Source of the DNA: Takakia lepidozioides
Taxonomy: Eukaryota; Plantae; Bryophyta
Assembly: GCA_030704615.1 (NCBI GenBank)
Contig: CM060732.1
Location: 25,482,001-25,546,000, forward strand
Direction of reading: 5' to 3'
Length of the DNA stretch: 64,000 bases
Of this stretch, positions 36,425 to 49,682 are shown piece after piece (the stretch's first letter is position 1; each line of letters begins with the position of its first letter). The position numbers were made by a program, and so were the translations under genes. Below the pieces are notes generated by a model. It was not told the DNA's origin and ran no database searches. It saw only the letters and a program-made list of their open reading frames with translations.

Positions 36425-39400
36425 ATGGGGAACAAGAAGAACAAGTATAGGGTAAATGGAGAGGTAAGACCAGGCCCCCAAAAAAGGGCAAAACTGGCTT
36501 TGTTGGCTGCAGTTATTTTTGGGTCACCATCTCATTAAACTCAGCTTACCTGCCTATTACTTGCCGCCTAAGGAGGCCAAGGCGCATGCAAATCTATTGA
36601 AGAACCAGCAGAGCTCCATGCAACTTGTTAAGGGTGTGCAGTCTTTAGATAAGCTTGCGAGTAAACGCTCATTCTTAACAGCGTCTGTTAGTGGAACCCA
36701 GACCACTGCTGTGAGGGCAACGGCTCGTATCCTTAATATTCATCATAGCAATATTAGTCGTGCAATTGATTCAGAAGGTGAGGGTTTGTGGGCTTTGGGT
36801 GGGAGAAAGAAAAGGTCTGATCATGTACCAGATGCGACCCGAGCGATCGTTTTGGCTTGGTGGGTAAATGAGACATGAGTGTCACCCAACAAGAAAGATG
36901 TCGTGAGGCAGCGCGTATCGAGGAAAGTCTATGATACACAACCTGCTCACTATCTTCTTGAGACTCAGGTAAGCAAACCCTCTCTTTACAGTGTTTGTGT
37001 GGGCTCTCAGTACTTTACAATCCTTCTACACTTACTACTGTACATAACTGTATTGGACTATGTTGGAGTTTGTCAATTGCCATTGTGTTGTTTGGGTTGC
37101 CTTGTATATTTTCCCTAGACAAGGTACATCGTCACCTGTAAACCTACCAGTGGATTGAGATTACTGTTCTCAATTGTGGACACTATGTCCAGCTCATGTC
37201 CTGAATTGGAGTGTCTTGAAGATGTCCCTCTTGTTCATGGACTGGTACTCATTGTAAACAGGCCTGGGATGGACTAGAAGTACGACTCACTAGCATGCAC
37301 TCCTTATATTATGACTAGATAGGACAAAATAGCATGCACTCCATGTAATTTGATTTGGAGGGACTAGAAATCGATGTACATGTACTCCATTAGTACATGC
37401 ACTCCTTGAAATGTGACTAGAAAAGGACAATGACTAGGACTAGGACCAATTTGGACATGCATTCCTTGATATGTGACTAGAAAGAAGTAGGATTAGGACT
37501 GATTAGGACATGCATTCATTGGTATGTGACTAGGACTAGGACTAGGACTGGTTAGTACATGCATTCCTTGATATGTGACTAGAAAGGACTCACACTCGGA
37601 CTGATTAGTACATGTACTACTTGATATGTGACTAGGAAGGACTAGGTCTAGGACTACTAGGACTGATTATTACTTGTACAATTTGACATGTGATGAGAAA
37701 GGACTATGACTAAGACTAGGTCTAGGACTAGTCTAGGACTAGTAGTAGGTTTTCTTAGTGCATGCACTAAATGGGATTCTCTTTGTGCATGTTGTGGTGG
37801 CAATGCAGATTGCTTTCTTTCTTCGCTTCAAATCAGCCCATCCCAATGTCAAAGTGGGTCAACGATTGTTTGAGTTGTTGAGGCCATTCTTTGTCAAACG
37901 CCTGAAGGATCGCAATGTTTGTTGCTGCAAATATCATGTGGAGATGGCGGAGTTGAAGGATGGGTTCAACAACATGTGGACTGCCAAGAGGGGTGTCCAC
38001 TCTCCATCATCATGTACTTGTGACTGTAATATTTGTTGACGTGGACCAGTATTAGATGGTGAAGCAGGTTGTCAAACGAACAAGCACCCCTACAAAGGAG
38101 TGACTTGGCTTTGGCAAGAAATTGTTTGTCCCAAAGGGGAATTGGATGAATGGCATCGGCGAGACTGTCTCATGGGAGAGTGCTTGAGGTGTGGCTCAAG
38201 TAAGTTATCTATTTGTCCCGTGGAGGCAAATGGTTGTGCAGTGGAGATGCTATGCAAAAGAGAATGTTGGGGAGAAAGATGGAGCCCCTAGAATGAGACT
38301 AAAACTCCAATACCAAACGACTTCCTCTGTTGAATTCTTGTCGTACTTCAAACCCAAGCTACAGGCTTTTGTTTGTCATAACTTTGTAGCCCGATGGCAA
38401 GATGCTCAGTTTAAAGCCAGTTTGAAATCTTTGCCAGAGAATACAATATTGTTTGTTGTTGACTTTGCTGAAAACTACACTTTTACGGTTCAGAATGAAG
38501 TGCAAGAGATGCACTGGCACAGTTTCCAGATCACTATATTGGTGCACATTACCTACCGGTGGAATCCACACCCTGATGTGAATGATCCCGATTCCAAGGT
38601 TTTGAAAGAAATGCACTTTTACATTTCTGATGACAACAAGCATGACACGCTGTTTGTACAACATTGCTTTCGGTTTCATTGGAATTACCTTGCTGAAGCA
38701 GGGTTCAGACCTGAATCGCATTGGGTATGGAGTGACGGTTGTGCTGCTCAGTTTAAAGGTGCTCGTCCTTGGTATTTTGTTAGTAGGTACCCCCACATCA
38801 CAGGGGTTGCACAATGTGGTGGAACTTTTTTGGATCACGGCACGGGAAAGGTGAGCACGATGGGGCTGGTGCTGTGATCAAGAGGGCTTTACGAGCAGAG
38901 CAGTTAAACTCAAATGGTGTGAAGCTGCAAAATGCTGCTGAGGCAGTAGCTTTTTTGCGCAAGAACCTGTCCACCCGACCTCCTTCTTCGTACTCTAAGA
39001 TTAGAACAGCAGTGAAAAGACATTTTTGGCTTGTTGGTACAGAAGATGTTGACTGTACACAAGAGTGGGATTGCAAGACCGTACCTGGAACTCGGTCTTT
39101 ACATTCCATTCTTGGGAGGAACAAGTCAGACCCAACCAAACTTATGGTTCGAGACTTAGCATGTTTTTGTCCGCATTGTTTGGATCTTGATTGGGACAAG
39201 TGCATCAGTATTGCTCATGCACAAAAATGGAAGTTGCAAACCCTGCAACCTACAAATACAACTGTTGTCCGGAGGCAGATTGAAGAAGAAGGGGATGAAG
39301 AACAGGAGTTTGGGGGAGATGGGGAGGACTTGGCCTCCTGCTTGGATGCAGGGGACAATTTTGCCTGCAATGCTGAAGCTGGAAACTCAGAAGGGGTGGA

Positions 39401-39716
39401 CTTCTACTTGCTCTGTTGTGAAAGGCCGATTCACGTTGTTATGGAGACATTCACAGATGGGTGGGGAAGTACTTTTGACCTTGGCGAGCATGTGGTTGCA
39501 GAGAGATATTACCAGTTGTGTGGAAGAAGAGATAAGGCTTACAAGTTCCTATCTGACCAGCCTTTGGCATTTCTGTATTCGCATTTGGTGAGGGCTATCA
39601 AATTTGCTATGCCTCCAGCGACATATCGAGTCAAAGGCAAGGATGCAGTCTTCACCTTGTCTGCGGATGCATTGGAAGGCATCAATGAAGCTCTGGCAGC
39701 AATGGAAGATCGCTAA
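36425..39716 (+). pseudogene. Sola2-like DDD transposase, one intron (36969-37808), stops and frameshifts
   Basis: KKRSD; CCCKYH; DCLMGECLRCG; VVDFAENY..VQNEVQEMHW; ISDDNKHD; WSDGCAAQFK; NFFGSRHGKGEHDGAGAVIKR; C-terminal CFCPHC. Confidence 0.82.
37270..37750. repeat. GACTAG-rich degenerate tandem repeat inside the transposase intron
   Basis: Repeated gactag / gactaggactag / catgcattccttgatatgtgactag units. Confidence 0.8.
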
Positions 39717-41693
39717 GATGGCATGTTGCAGGCCAATCCATGGTTGACGGGCAACTTCCCTTATCGGGATGGGGTCCAATTCTCCCTTGGGTTATGTAAC
39801 TCAAATATGTAGCAATGTGAATTACAAGTTGCTTGTGAGCTGAGAGATTGTTTTCAGAATTTGTATGTATGTAGCTTTGTTATTTGGCCGCAAATTATAA
39901 TTCATAATCTATAATCTATCTTGCAAGCTATGGCTGAAGAGGCTGTGGCTGTGGCCAAATTTGATACTACTGTTCAATTGAATGTGCCTGGTGACTAGAA
40001 TTCCCGCACTAGTGTTGTGGTGTATCACTTCACAAGGCGGGGAATTTCAATTTAATGTGTCTGGTTTTCTTTCTGTGATTGGTTTCTTGTTATTTGGAGT
40101 GTGTCTGCCTTCCTCTCTGATCACACAATCTGTTGTCCTCCCCCTTCTCATACCAACTGGTTGGCAAAGGTGCCTGGCTACGAAGATATGGCAAAACCTC
40201 ATCATAAACCCTACAACCTGTCATACTTCCTGGTCTTTTCAAAGTTCCACACCCTCGTTTTGGATAAGAAAGTGGAGAAGATCATAGCTGTAAAAATAAG
40301 GCACATGTTCCTCAAGGCACATGATCCTCAACACGCTGAAGCCGGGCGCCATTCTAGTCTGAGTTGCTAACAGCCTTCCAAACACAGTGGGACAATCAAG
40401 TGGAACAGCAGCAGACCTGCTATCATACTGTCTTGATTCCCTCTTCAAAGTTAAGCCATCCTTGCATATTGAACTGCATGCATTAAATCATACACACAAG
40501 TAATTTTTGGGCTTGGATGAAGTTGAGAGATACTATCAAACTCTCTGAAGACTTAGGCAGGCAGCACTACAAATCACATTTCTGTGCTCAATTGAGCGAA
40601 GGTAGATTGCTTAGAGCTGCTCATTACTGAGGTATATTCTGTTTAGTGAGTTGATTAGTGTCCTGACTTGGGGTACAGAACCAGCTTGTCTCCTGTAGAG
40701 AGGGGAATGATGGGAATGTTGTCTGTTGGCCAGCTTCGGTCCGCCATACCAGGGATCTTCACCAAGGAGCTAGACTAATTACCATTGAGAGATGGAGACT
40801 TGTATTGTTGGTGTCCGATTGCAGTTTTGTAAATGAACTATCAGAGTCAAGCAAAGGAGGATAGAGGTACGCAACCGGATGTAGCCATACCATCCACCAG
40901 TTAGTCAAATTTCAGGCGCAGACTCTGTTAAACCCACGCATGTTGGAGAATTGTAGCACAGGCAGGAAAAGCAACGGGCCTTTCAAAGCCATCTTTCTCA
41001 CATAGAATGAATGACAGTAGACTGCCTGCAGAAAGGTATTCTAGCAATTCCTATCAGAAACAGATAGCAAAATAGAGTGCATTGTTTTCAAAAACCACTG
41101 TCATGATATTGCTGCCTTACTCAAACATGTACAACATACCTATCAGCAGAAAATGAACAAAGAACAGTAATGTGCATGCCCTCAATCCATGTCATGTGTC
41201 CATTGTGAGCTACTCAAAAACCACAAGGGAAATCCACATCACATGACTTGGTGGGCACCTAATGGTAACAACTAACACATCCTCTGCCAGTTCTAAACTG
41301 CTCAACATTGACATATCGTGGCACCAACCTCTACCCCATCGATGAAAGACTAGCCTTTGCTTGGTGCCTGCCTCCCAAAGTGGCCATGTCATAAATGAAC
41401 AAGTACTGATGAAGAGACGAGACCTATCCCCACAATGACAGCAGCGAGTGGTAAAGTCCTCATAGGGGCGGTCTGCTAATCACATGCCCTGCATTGCCAC
41501 CCACAATGCTCAAGATCTTACTATACTTCTGTCTCATAATTCAGCACTAGACGTATACCAGATGTATGTCCTATATATCATGCATAGAGGAGTTAAATTG
41601 CATCAGAACTTGAGCATGAATTGGCAAAATAACAACCAAGAGTTATTCTAACATTAGTGATAAAAGCATAAGTGTACAGTACTCAGCTTGTAC

Positions 41694-44600
41694 CTAGTTG
41701 ATATGTTTTCTTTTCTTCTTCTTAGGGCCTGCACCAGAAGAACCTGCATCCATCTTCAAGTTAGGTGGGGTCTTGACAGTATTAAGGGACTTGACAACAG
41801 GCCCCCGAGTGGTCAAGTTGGGAGGAGTCTTCACGGTGTTCAGTGACTTCACAACAGGGCCTCGAGCGGCCTTCACAACACCGTCCCGTGGGATTGAGTT
41901 ACTCTTATCATGGTGGCTCAGATCGTTGTCTTCATTCGTATCCAAGGGCTTGTGCACGACAACTCTCTTTGATGAGGGGGTACTTTCACCTGGGCACTTG
42001 TCCATATCCTTGTCAATTGATACCTTAGAATCCGCCCTAGTGGTGGGCTTCTTTGCATACTCTGCACTCAATGCCTTGCAAGATCTCTTTCGTTCTCGTT
42101 TACGCTTCCCTGTTGCCTGAACATGTGGACTGACAAGGGCTGCAGCTGGGGGGTTCAACACTGGTCCAAGAACAGGAGGGGTTGTCGCTAAGGCATGAGG
42201 TACATATATTACCATAGGTAATGGAGAACCACCATCAAATTGAGCTGGAACTGCGGGAATGGATATTGGCGGAGCAACAAGGGAGGTAGCAACTGGTGGA
42301 GTGACATGAAATATAGGATCTGAAACTTGTGAGGGGCCTCCACCTATGGTACTATGCAACACAACTGTATCAGAATCAGACTGGGAGTTGGCCCCAACAT
42401 CAGTTTCAAATCCCTGTGACCCCAATTCTGAGTCTGATGAGAGGGTTGCCACATGTCCAGTATTTTGGGCACCATCTCTTTCAATCTTCACATCCACATA
42501 AGGAGGAACAATAGTGGATGGGATTGTCAAGTCCACAACATCTTCATGTGTACTTTGTAGCATATGTGTCGTGACAATCTCTGGAACAAATGCAGCCTGC
42601 AGTGGAGATCCAGGAATCTTCTTTGGTGGAGAACCAAGAATGAGGAACTTCTTGACATAACCCTTTCCTGAAGCTGAAACCTCTTGCATGATGGTATCAG
42701 GTGTGACATCAACCTCAGGGTTCAACGGATCACCAACAATTGGTGCAACAATCCCCGGCCGCGACAGCCCCAAAGGTGACATTTGAAGAGTTGACGAGCT
42801 TGGAGTTCGAGGGAAGTTTTGGTTCACAGCACTACCACCATTGGCCTCCACTGTAGTTGGTGGTGAATGCGCTATAGTTGGTGGTGGCCTGAGATGGAGG
42901 TCCTGGTCTTCGTTTGTTGGCATCAATGAAGCCATCATCTGCTATCACACCTACACCATTACAACTGGTTTGAGAAGGCTGAATTATCACTTGGTGCCTA
43001 GTGTCTACCAATACAACATTAACTGTAATTTGAGTCCAACAAGTCATTGTAGTCCTTACCATTGGCCGAAGTCCCAACAGTTGGACTACAATAATTATGT
43101 GTAGAGTGCACAGTCCATCATAATGGACTTTTTGTCCCCCATATTAGACTTCCAAGTTCTATGCAGCTGATGGTGGGACTACAAGCAAGATTCACACTCC
43201 CTAATTAGGACTCACACTCCATCTGGGCCACGACTCAGATTCCAAGTTGAGAAGCAAGCTCCTCAATAAGGACTCGCATTCCACATCCATTATTTTGCAG
43301 TTGAACTCACACTCCACATGATTAAGCACATGGACTGACCCTCCACAGACTCTGATTCCAAACTGGAAATCAGTGGAAATCATTAAGGACTCATACTCCC
43401 AGTAATTAGTCAGCAAGTGGACTCACACTCCCCATGACTAAACACATCGACTCATACTCCACATGAGTCAGCACTTGGACTCACACTCCACATGACTGAA
43501 GACTCAGAATTCTAGTTAAGAATGACACTCCTCAATAAGGACTCCCTAGTAAGGATTCACTCCACTAAAAGGACAAATAATAACATTTGCAGTCCCACAT
43601 TCAGACTCATAGTCAGTTGAAGGGTTGAAGATCCAATCTTGGGACTACAGTCCTGAGGATTGGACATGAAGGGGTACAGCCTTGGACCACACAAGTTTTC
43701 TGAAGAAGAAAACATGGAAATGTTGCAATCAATCTTACCTGGAACTTGGGTGTTTCTAACCCTGGCTTCGTGAAGTTGCTTTGTCATCCACCTTTGGCGC
43801 AGCTCAACCACTCTCAGCTTTTCCGCAAGTGCCTGCACCTCTGGGTCAAGAATCCTAAACCCAAAACTAGAACACCAATCAGGATGCATGATCTCTGAAC
43901 AGTTGAAGTCCCTACACCTGTTTGACGTCTTCATATGGGATGCCATACAAGCAGGATGGTAAGTGTGCTTACAAGATGCCACCACCATGTCCCAACGGTG
44001 GAAACCTTTGTGGCAAACAGGGCAAGGAGAGACCTTCAGGAATCCTTGATGGACGTACTATCTTTGATCACTTGAGGATGACATATAGGCATAGGATAGA
44101 TGGCGAGTCCTTTGTCCCCATTTGTCAAGGCGCAATCTGATCTTGGATAAGACTCCTCTCTGTGTCAGCAACATCGACCACATTCTCTGCCACTCTAATG
44201 TCCCTGTCTTCCTGGTCCCCTGCATCACACAAAGCATTGAACTCTTTTTCGGTCTTATCAGCATTGAGCCAAAATTCTGCTTCAATTGATTTCTTCTGGT
44301 CAAGTTCCCTTTGCATCTCAGACTGTCTTCCCTTTCCACAATTCAGTAACCCAACACTCTCTTCCCCTTTTTGCATTAAGGTCTCTTCCCCGGCTCGGAT
44401 TTGTGGCACCCTCGTGGGAGAGTTTGGCCTCTAGGTCTGCAAACTTGTTCCGACACTCTGCAAGACACCATTGTCTGTCTTCCATTTGCACCCGAACAGT
44501 TCGCGTCTTCTCCATCAAGTCCAACTTCCCTTTCTTTAACCTCTCCAACTCTTCCTTTGCCCCACACATCTCCTCATACTTCAAATCATGTAGTTCCTGA

Positions 44601-45285
44601 AGACTCGCTAGGACATTGCCACATACTCTTGCTCATGTTTTTTCCTTTCCATCTCTGCAATCACTTGCTCAGGCGTTTGTTTCAGTCCTTCTTTGCCTCT
44701 ACCTGGGGTTTTGCGTAACCTGTCTTTCAATTCACAAACTCCTAGCTTTGGCTTATTGTCTGTGCTGCCAGGGTCCTTTGCTTCTCGATGCTCCTTCATT
44801 CTTTGTTGTTGCTTAGCTGTCCATGCCACGTATGCTGCCCAATTGAGTTTTTGTCCAGTCCTTTTTTCATAGACAATGCCCCTTGCCATCAAGTTTGCAA
44901 TGATACCACCGGTTGGCTTACAATCATACCCATGAACCTTACTCCACAGGTCCTCGATTTTGGGAATCATACTCTTGTCAGTACAACCCATGTAAAAGTA
45001 GCCATTCTTGTTTGCAGGTTGTCCAAACAACTTTGCACATTGTTCTTTGGTGATGTCTTTGTCTAAGAGAAGTTGTTTGGGATTCTTGCCTGTCGCATTC
45101 AGCTTGAGGACATCCCTGAAGTAATCTGCTAATTTGTGCCCCCCCTCTTTCGCCCATAGTATCTTCAGATGCTGTATTGGAACTCTTCCCATTTGTAGAT
45201 GAATTCTGTAACTTACTCCCCGACTGCACCATTGTTTTGAACCGCTTCCTGAGTGCCCTACATACTCCCAACCCCACACTCCCAT
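41694..45285 (-). pseudogene. Accessory gene of the Sola2-like element: unknown N-domain + coiled coil + RING-H2 finger + Pro/Ser-rich tail ending in an NLS-like KKKKRK; frameshifted
   Basis: CPVCHKGFHRWDMVVASCKHTYHPACMASHMKTSNRCRDFNC (~44025-43900). Coiled-coil ORFs 44125-44584. Donor ..CCAG|GTAAG near 43738. Last exon 41694-42938. Confidence 0.7.
43190..43565. repeat. Degenerate GGACTCACACTCCAC repeats in the predicted intron of the RING gene
   Basis: About 8-9 copies of gactca(c/t)actcc(a/c). Confidence 0.65.
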
Positions 45286-48200
45286 TAAACTAGTTTTTTA
45301 CAACTCCAGGTTGGTTATGTACGGAGACAACAACATGAGGGGGCAAGGATGGAGCTACAAACCAACACCCTACCGACATTTCCAGCTTCATGAGAACCAA
45401 CAAACCAACAAAACAACAAACCAACAAACCCTAAACCCTACTGATATTTCCAGCTTCATGACAACCATACTACCTAATTCTGACATGAAATTACCTTATC
45501 AATCAGAGGCCAAGTCTGGATCGTCTCTGGTTAACGCAAGTGCAGCCTTCAAGAAGTGCAAGTGATCCACATAGATGACAAACCTGCTTTCCATACGTTT
45601 CCAAATTCTATATTCCCCCACATGGTGAAGTTTCAGAGAATCAACATTCACATATTGATGATATGCATTGCCATATTCCTCTTCGATCCCAACCAATGAT
45701 TGACAGAAGGGACAAGTTCCTTCAATCTAGCGTCATGGTTAAGTTTAGGTAATTAGGTACGCAAAGATGAGCTGGGTTGTCACGTGCTACAACAACAAGA
45801 GACTACTCTACCCCTCTACCCCACCTAGGCTATGAGGTACGTAATAAAAGTGAAAATATGAGTAGGGAACACCAGATTGCACAAAAGCTAAGGGGGTGCC
45901 ACACTTGTAATGCTTTTGCAAGATGTGGTGGGAGGTAGCGTGAAGGAGAGCCGCAGGCCACCTGCCATCCCGCAAATCAGCTGCACAAACAGCTGAAACT
46001 TGTTGAATAGTAGCCCCACAAATGCGACAACATATGCAGGCAAGTTGATGGAATCAGAGGATAGTAAAATGTAAATTCTTCAAGGACTAACATGGCAGCA
46101 AGAGAAACCAAACATTTTCAACACACACACTCAAAATTCCTTGGCAATCAACAATCACACTGTTGGGCCCTTCTTCTGCACACTAGAAAATAGGTTACTG
46201 TCCAGGTCTCCAAAAATGGGATCCACTTGCCCCCCTCACTATAACACAAAAAGGGTAGCTCGTTGGAGAGTAGTTTGAAGTCATAACAACAAAGATAAGT
46301 GACACAAACTCAGGGGTCTGTTCACCTGTTTGAATAGACTGGACTTGGTACCCACTACCAGTGTGACAAACATTACATTCAGCTACCTATGCTACATCTG
46401 CTACTCTTCCCCTGCCTCGCTGATATCGTCCCTTTTATAACAACGACCACACTTGGTACAAGCCATATACAAATGCAACTTGACAAAAAAGGGCATGCAC
46501 TCTCACTTGAAACCAGCCAGCGACAACAGTTCACAAGTTTGCATGGTAGGCCATTAGGCCAGATCCCCTCATCCCTCCCCACGATCATTAAATGCCACCA
46601 CTGTGTGCTCCCTTCCAGCACATATCTTGCTGTGGAGTTCTCCTCCAGTTGTAACTGTGATGAACATACACAAAACAGGTCAAACAACTAAACACAAACT
46701 TTGGATATTCTCACTCAAATGTTTCCACTGCAGACGGATTAATACTGAAGTTACAACGACCATGTTGGCCTACCTTGGAGTAGGCATTGCCGTGTGGGAG
46801 AGCAACTCCAACCATGCCTAAAACTTTAAAATCCATTCAGCTTTCGATGCTCAAAGAGAGCATGTCAGCGTGCTCTACAATAGCTAATGCGGCTGTTCAA
46901 GGCGAGTTTGGCGCACCACCCTCGAGCTCTCAAAGTCATGAGTTAGTTCAAGGTTAGATGGTGGGCTCAGTGCCTAATACCAGATACCCTAAGATGACAA
47001 ACTCTATTTCTTGGAAGCAAGACCGTCCTGTTAAACAAGCTAAGTCATGGCAGAAAAATGTAGAGGAGATGTTTCAAGTACCTGAAGTTTGGGCAGGAAG
47101 AACTGACCCTGCTGGATGAAGCTCACTTGGAGGCTGAAGTGTCTAAAGCCACGTCGGAAGCATGAATAATGCTTGAACAAAAATAAGTTAGGAATAAACA
47201 TCCCTGAACTTGTTTCCAGTTTGTGACATGGGTGAACCTTAGGCTGAAAGGCCTACCTATCCTCAGCATTAAACTACAATTTAACCCCAGGGCGGGGGGT
47301 CAATTCTTGAACAAATAACACATGCAGAGAGAAAAGGGAGATTGTCAATGCTCGATGTGTGGGCGCGCTGAAGGCAATACCCATTTTCTAAAACAGTGTC
47401 CCGGGTATTCTCATCAGAGAGCCACCCTCTTCAGGACCGTATAGTGCCTGCACCTCTGCTCACCAACTTTCAAAGTATCTATTCTGAGCCTAAGGCCCTG
47501 GCCCTGTTGGGGTCTAATTGCTAGGTAGCTCAGACACAGCAGATTGATGCAACCAATTGTTAATATCAAGGTAGCTCCAACTACTGGAGTGAGCCCCTCA
47601 CAAAGGTAAATAGTAAGCAGACTTTTGTGATCAATCATCGTGCAGGTACCCTCACCGTAATGGTCACATACAAACTGTCATATATGAATGACTGTGCAGC
47701 CTAAATTTTTAGGGTTTTACAACATGAATTGCTAGCAGGTAGCTCCAAAAATTAGCTCAACTAGACTCACTAACAAGACGTAAGTATATCCTTCTCTGGG
47801 CAGGGAAACAAATGGAGAAATACCAACCCAACAAGGAACACACCATAGAGAATGATAAACAAAACAGGCATCACTGTCAAGATTCAAGAAAGGCAATTAA
47901 CCACTGTGTTCAAATGCACAATGCAAGAAGTATAGAATCAGGCATGAAAGATCGCAGCGGTGGCTCGTACTTGTAGAGTTCAAGTGGAAAGTTACTAGTC
48001 ATGATCATCATTTGGATGGCAATCTGCCATCTCTTTCCAGGCGCTACGACAGAAACATTCATGCTTGCAGGAACCTAATTCCAGATATGCCGCACACCAA
48101 ATCGTCTGGCCACGAACTTGAACGAAACTTACCAAGGGTAGAGTCAGGCAACAATCAAGTGCTTTTCCAGCGATGGCACACCCGAGCATCCCCGCCCAAG

Positions 48201-48765
48201 CTCCTCCTCTACTCCTCTACCCTCGTGCCCCTGCTGCTATGGCAGCAACACACAATGTTGCACTTTATAAGCTCTGCTCGCATCGCCCGCTTCCTCTGCT
48301 ACCACCACCCAAGCGCGCCCATAGAAACACATAAATGAAAATGAACTTCACCATGCGTAGAGTTGATGAAACAATCACAAGCTAAACCCTAAAAATCTTA
48401 CAAAATGGTAAGCAAACTTTTGTGATCAAACATTCCCAATCTCTTCCCAATCTCTTCACATTCCCAATCCCAATCAACTCGTACGTCCTAGCTAGCTTCT
48501 AGTTGCGCATCGCGCGTCATACATGGCAGATCGTCGTCCCCACGCTTCAGTCTAGCCCAATGCGACCAGCCATCTTCCAGCCACCCCCCGATGAAGGCGA
48601 CCCCCAATCGACGGTTATAACTTGATGTACAAAAACAATCAACGGCTACAACAAATTCAACTTTTTCCGACTTCGTTCCCGCGTGCTGCGTTTTCTACTT
48701 CATATGTCCATTTTTTATGGACTGCAAGTTGCCGCTTTTGGATGGCCCGTACCATGCTTCTACCT

Positions 48766-49600
48766 TGCAATGGCCTCTACCTTAGTTTGCTGTACCCCCA
48801 ATCCTCCAGGATATATCATATGACCCAGATACTCAATCTGGTTGTGGAAAAACTTGCACTTCCTCGGATGCAACTTCAATCCGTGCGCTCTCAAGCGCTC
48901 CAATACCACCTGAAGGTGTCTCTCATGCTCCTCCACCGTAGCACTAAAGATGATGATGTCATCTATGTAGCACCGAGCAAAATCCACCCCTGCTAGAATC
49001 CTATCCATGACTCTTTGAAACTCTGCAGGAGCGTTCTTAAGCCCAAATGGTAAGAACCGCCACTGATATAGGCAATCCTTGCCATGCTCATTGATCCCCC
49101 AAAATGCCGTCTTCTGCTTGTCCGCCTCCTTGATCGGCAACTGGTGATATCCAGATCGTAAATCCAAAGTACTAAAGATCTTAACATGCCCGATGGCATC
49201 AAAGATCTCTTCTAGTGTTGGCATGGCATACTTATCGGACTTGGTCTGACGATTTACAGGCCGGTAATCACCGCACATACGTCTCTCCGTCCAATTGCCA
49301 TAGACATCCTTCTTGGCTGGCATCACTGTGGCTGAAGCATACTCTCCACTAGAGAGCTCCACCAAACCAGCCTCCCAGAGATCTTGAGTCCTCATCTGAA
49401 TCAAAGACCTCTCCATGTCACTGTATCTATAGGATCTCCGAAAGATTGGCGTGTCAGTGGCCAACTCATACGGATCTCTTGACCCTTCAGTGCTCCCAAG
49501 TCCTTCAAACTGAAGGCAAAGCAATTCCTGTAAGCCCTCAGGAACCGCCGTATACGTCGTCTCTCTCCTCCGGTGACAATGGGTCCAATGTCAGGCTCCC
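48766..49600 (-). pseudogene. Ty3/Gypsy reverse transcriptase
   Basis: SEYASATVMPAKKD..RMCGDYRPVN; FSTLDLRSGYHQ; KTAF; LPFGLKNAPAEFQRVMD; CYIDDIIIFS; KCKFF..IEYLGH. Confidence 0.96.
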
Positions 49601-49682
49601 AATTGTCCTCCGTAACTGCAACCTTAAGTCTAGTGGGCTTAGAGGTAGAGGACGCGTCCAGTGGTTGCTATGTTGCAACCTC

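Larger units (their letters stand above)
16394..48765 (+). mobile_element. Sola2-like DNA transposon (~14.5 kb excluding the nested Mutator-like element)
   Basis: TSD TGCA at 16390-16393 and 48766-48769. Imperfect 30-bp TIR: GGGTCAAAGCATGCTACGGTCCACCCAAAA versus rc AGGTAGAAGCATGGTACGGGCCATCCAAAA (24/30). Internal DDD-type transposase at 36425-39716. The superfamily label is from motif memory. Confidence 0.78.

Noticed and set aside
16387-48765. Helitron2/Helentron with asymmetric inverted repeats
   Set aside because: Re-placing the junctions gives symmetric 30-bp TIRs and a TGCA TSD. No Rep-helicase is present; the helicase scrap is UPF1/Sen1-type.
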